From sequence record PZ445439.1: 64,000 bases of DNA; one strand, written 5' to 3'. Shown one piece after another: positions 63,745 through 64,000 of this stretch. Every line of letters begins with the position of its first letter. Position 1 is the stretch's first letter. Below the pieces are notes generated by a model. That model was given only the letters and a program-made list of their open reading frames with translations. It made no database searches and had not been told where the DNA came from. The position numbers and the translations under genes are program-made. The stretch comes from a phage.

Positions 63745-64000
63745 TCGAAATAATCCTCAATTTCATAATCATGGACATAAATCATTATAGTTTTTAATAC
63801 ATCATCAATACTTTTTCCTGGAACTGGAATTACGTAGAAATATCCTGCTTTTGAGAGGTCTTTATAAGTTCCAATCAAGAAATCATTATTCTCAAGATGT
63901 AATTCTTCAACTAATTCATTAACAATTGAATGGTATAGGTTTGGTAGAAACTTATATAGCTTTTCTAGAATATCAATTTTGATTGTGTATTGAACCACAG
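63741..64000 (-). CDS. arn: Arn anti-restriction nuclease, 5-prime end probably truncated by the window edge
   Basis: ORF track (GTG-initiated as given); position after asiA as in T4; acidic protein. Confidence 0.6.
   Translation of the reverse strand, partial: VVQYTIKIDILEKLYKFLPNLYHSIVNELVEELHLENNDFLIGTYKDLSKAGYFYVIPVPGKSIDDVLKTIMIYVHDYEIEDYFE

Overview
This 64-kb window is one contiguous, densely coded segment of a T-even (T4-like, Tequatrovirus-type) myovirus genome, running in conserved order from tail sheath gene 18 to the start of arn. It covers the head and tail morphogenesis genes, hoc and inh, the uvsW/uvsY recombination genes, the baseplate hub cluster, alt and DNA ligase, a string of small early genes, the nucleotide-metabolism block (cd, pseT, rnlA, denA, nrdB, nrdA, td, frd), the gene 32 replication/late-transcription cluster, the long tail fibre genes 34-38, holin t and asiA. 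Protein identities are from recalled similarity to T4 proteins plus synteny; no searches were run. I did not find evidence for an uncharacterised defence or anti-defence system: essentially every ORF and intergenic signal is accounted for by known T-even biology. The features that differ from the T4 reference, and are worth a second look, are: (1) Hoc carries a tandem duplication of one Ig-like domain; (2) two full-length Alt-type ADP-ribosyltransferase paralogues sit in tandem; (3) nrdB is split by a 1.09-kb group I intron with an intact HNH endonuclease ORF (I-TevIII-like), while td is intronless; (4) a GIY-YIG Seg-type homing endonuclease lies between genes 59 and 33, while other junctions where T4 carries such genes are empty; (5) the distal tail fibre is the T2/T6 type, with a gp37 C-terminal chaperone domain and a glycine-rich gp38 adhesin containing a (GGC)n tract; (6) two early promoters share a near-identical ~57-bp element. 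The ORF track often starts ORFs at TTG/GTG; where a T4 orthologue or a Shine-Dalgarno-supported ATG indicated it, I shortened the start.
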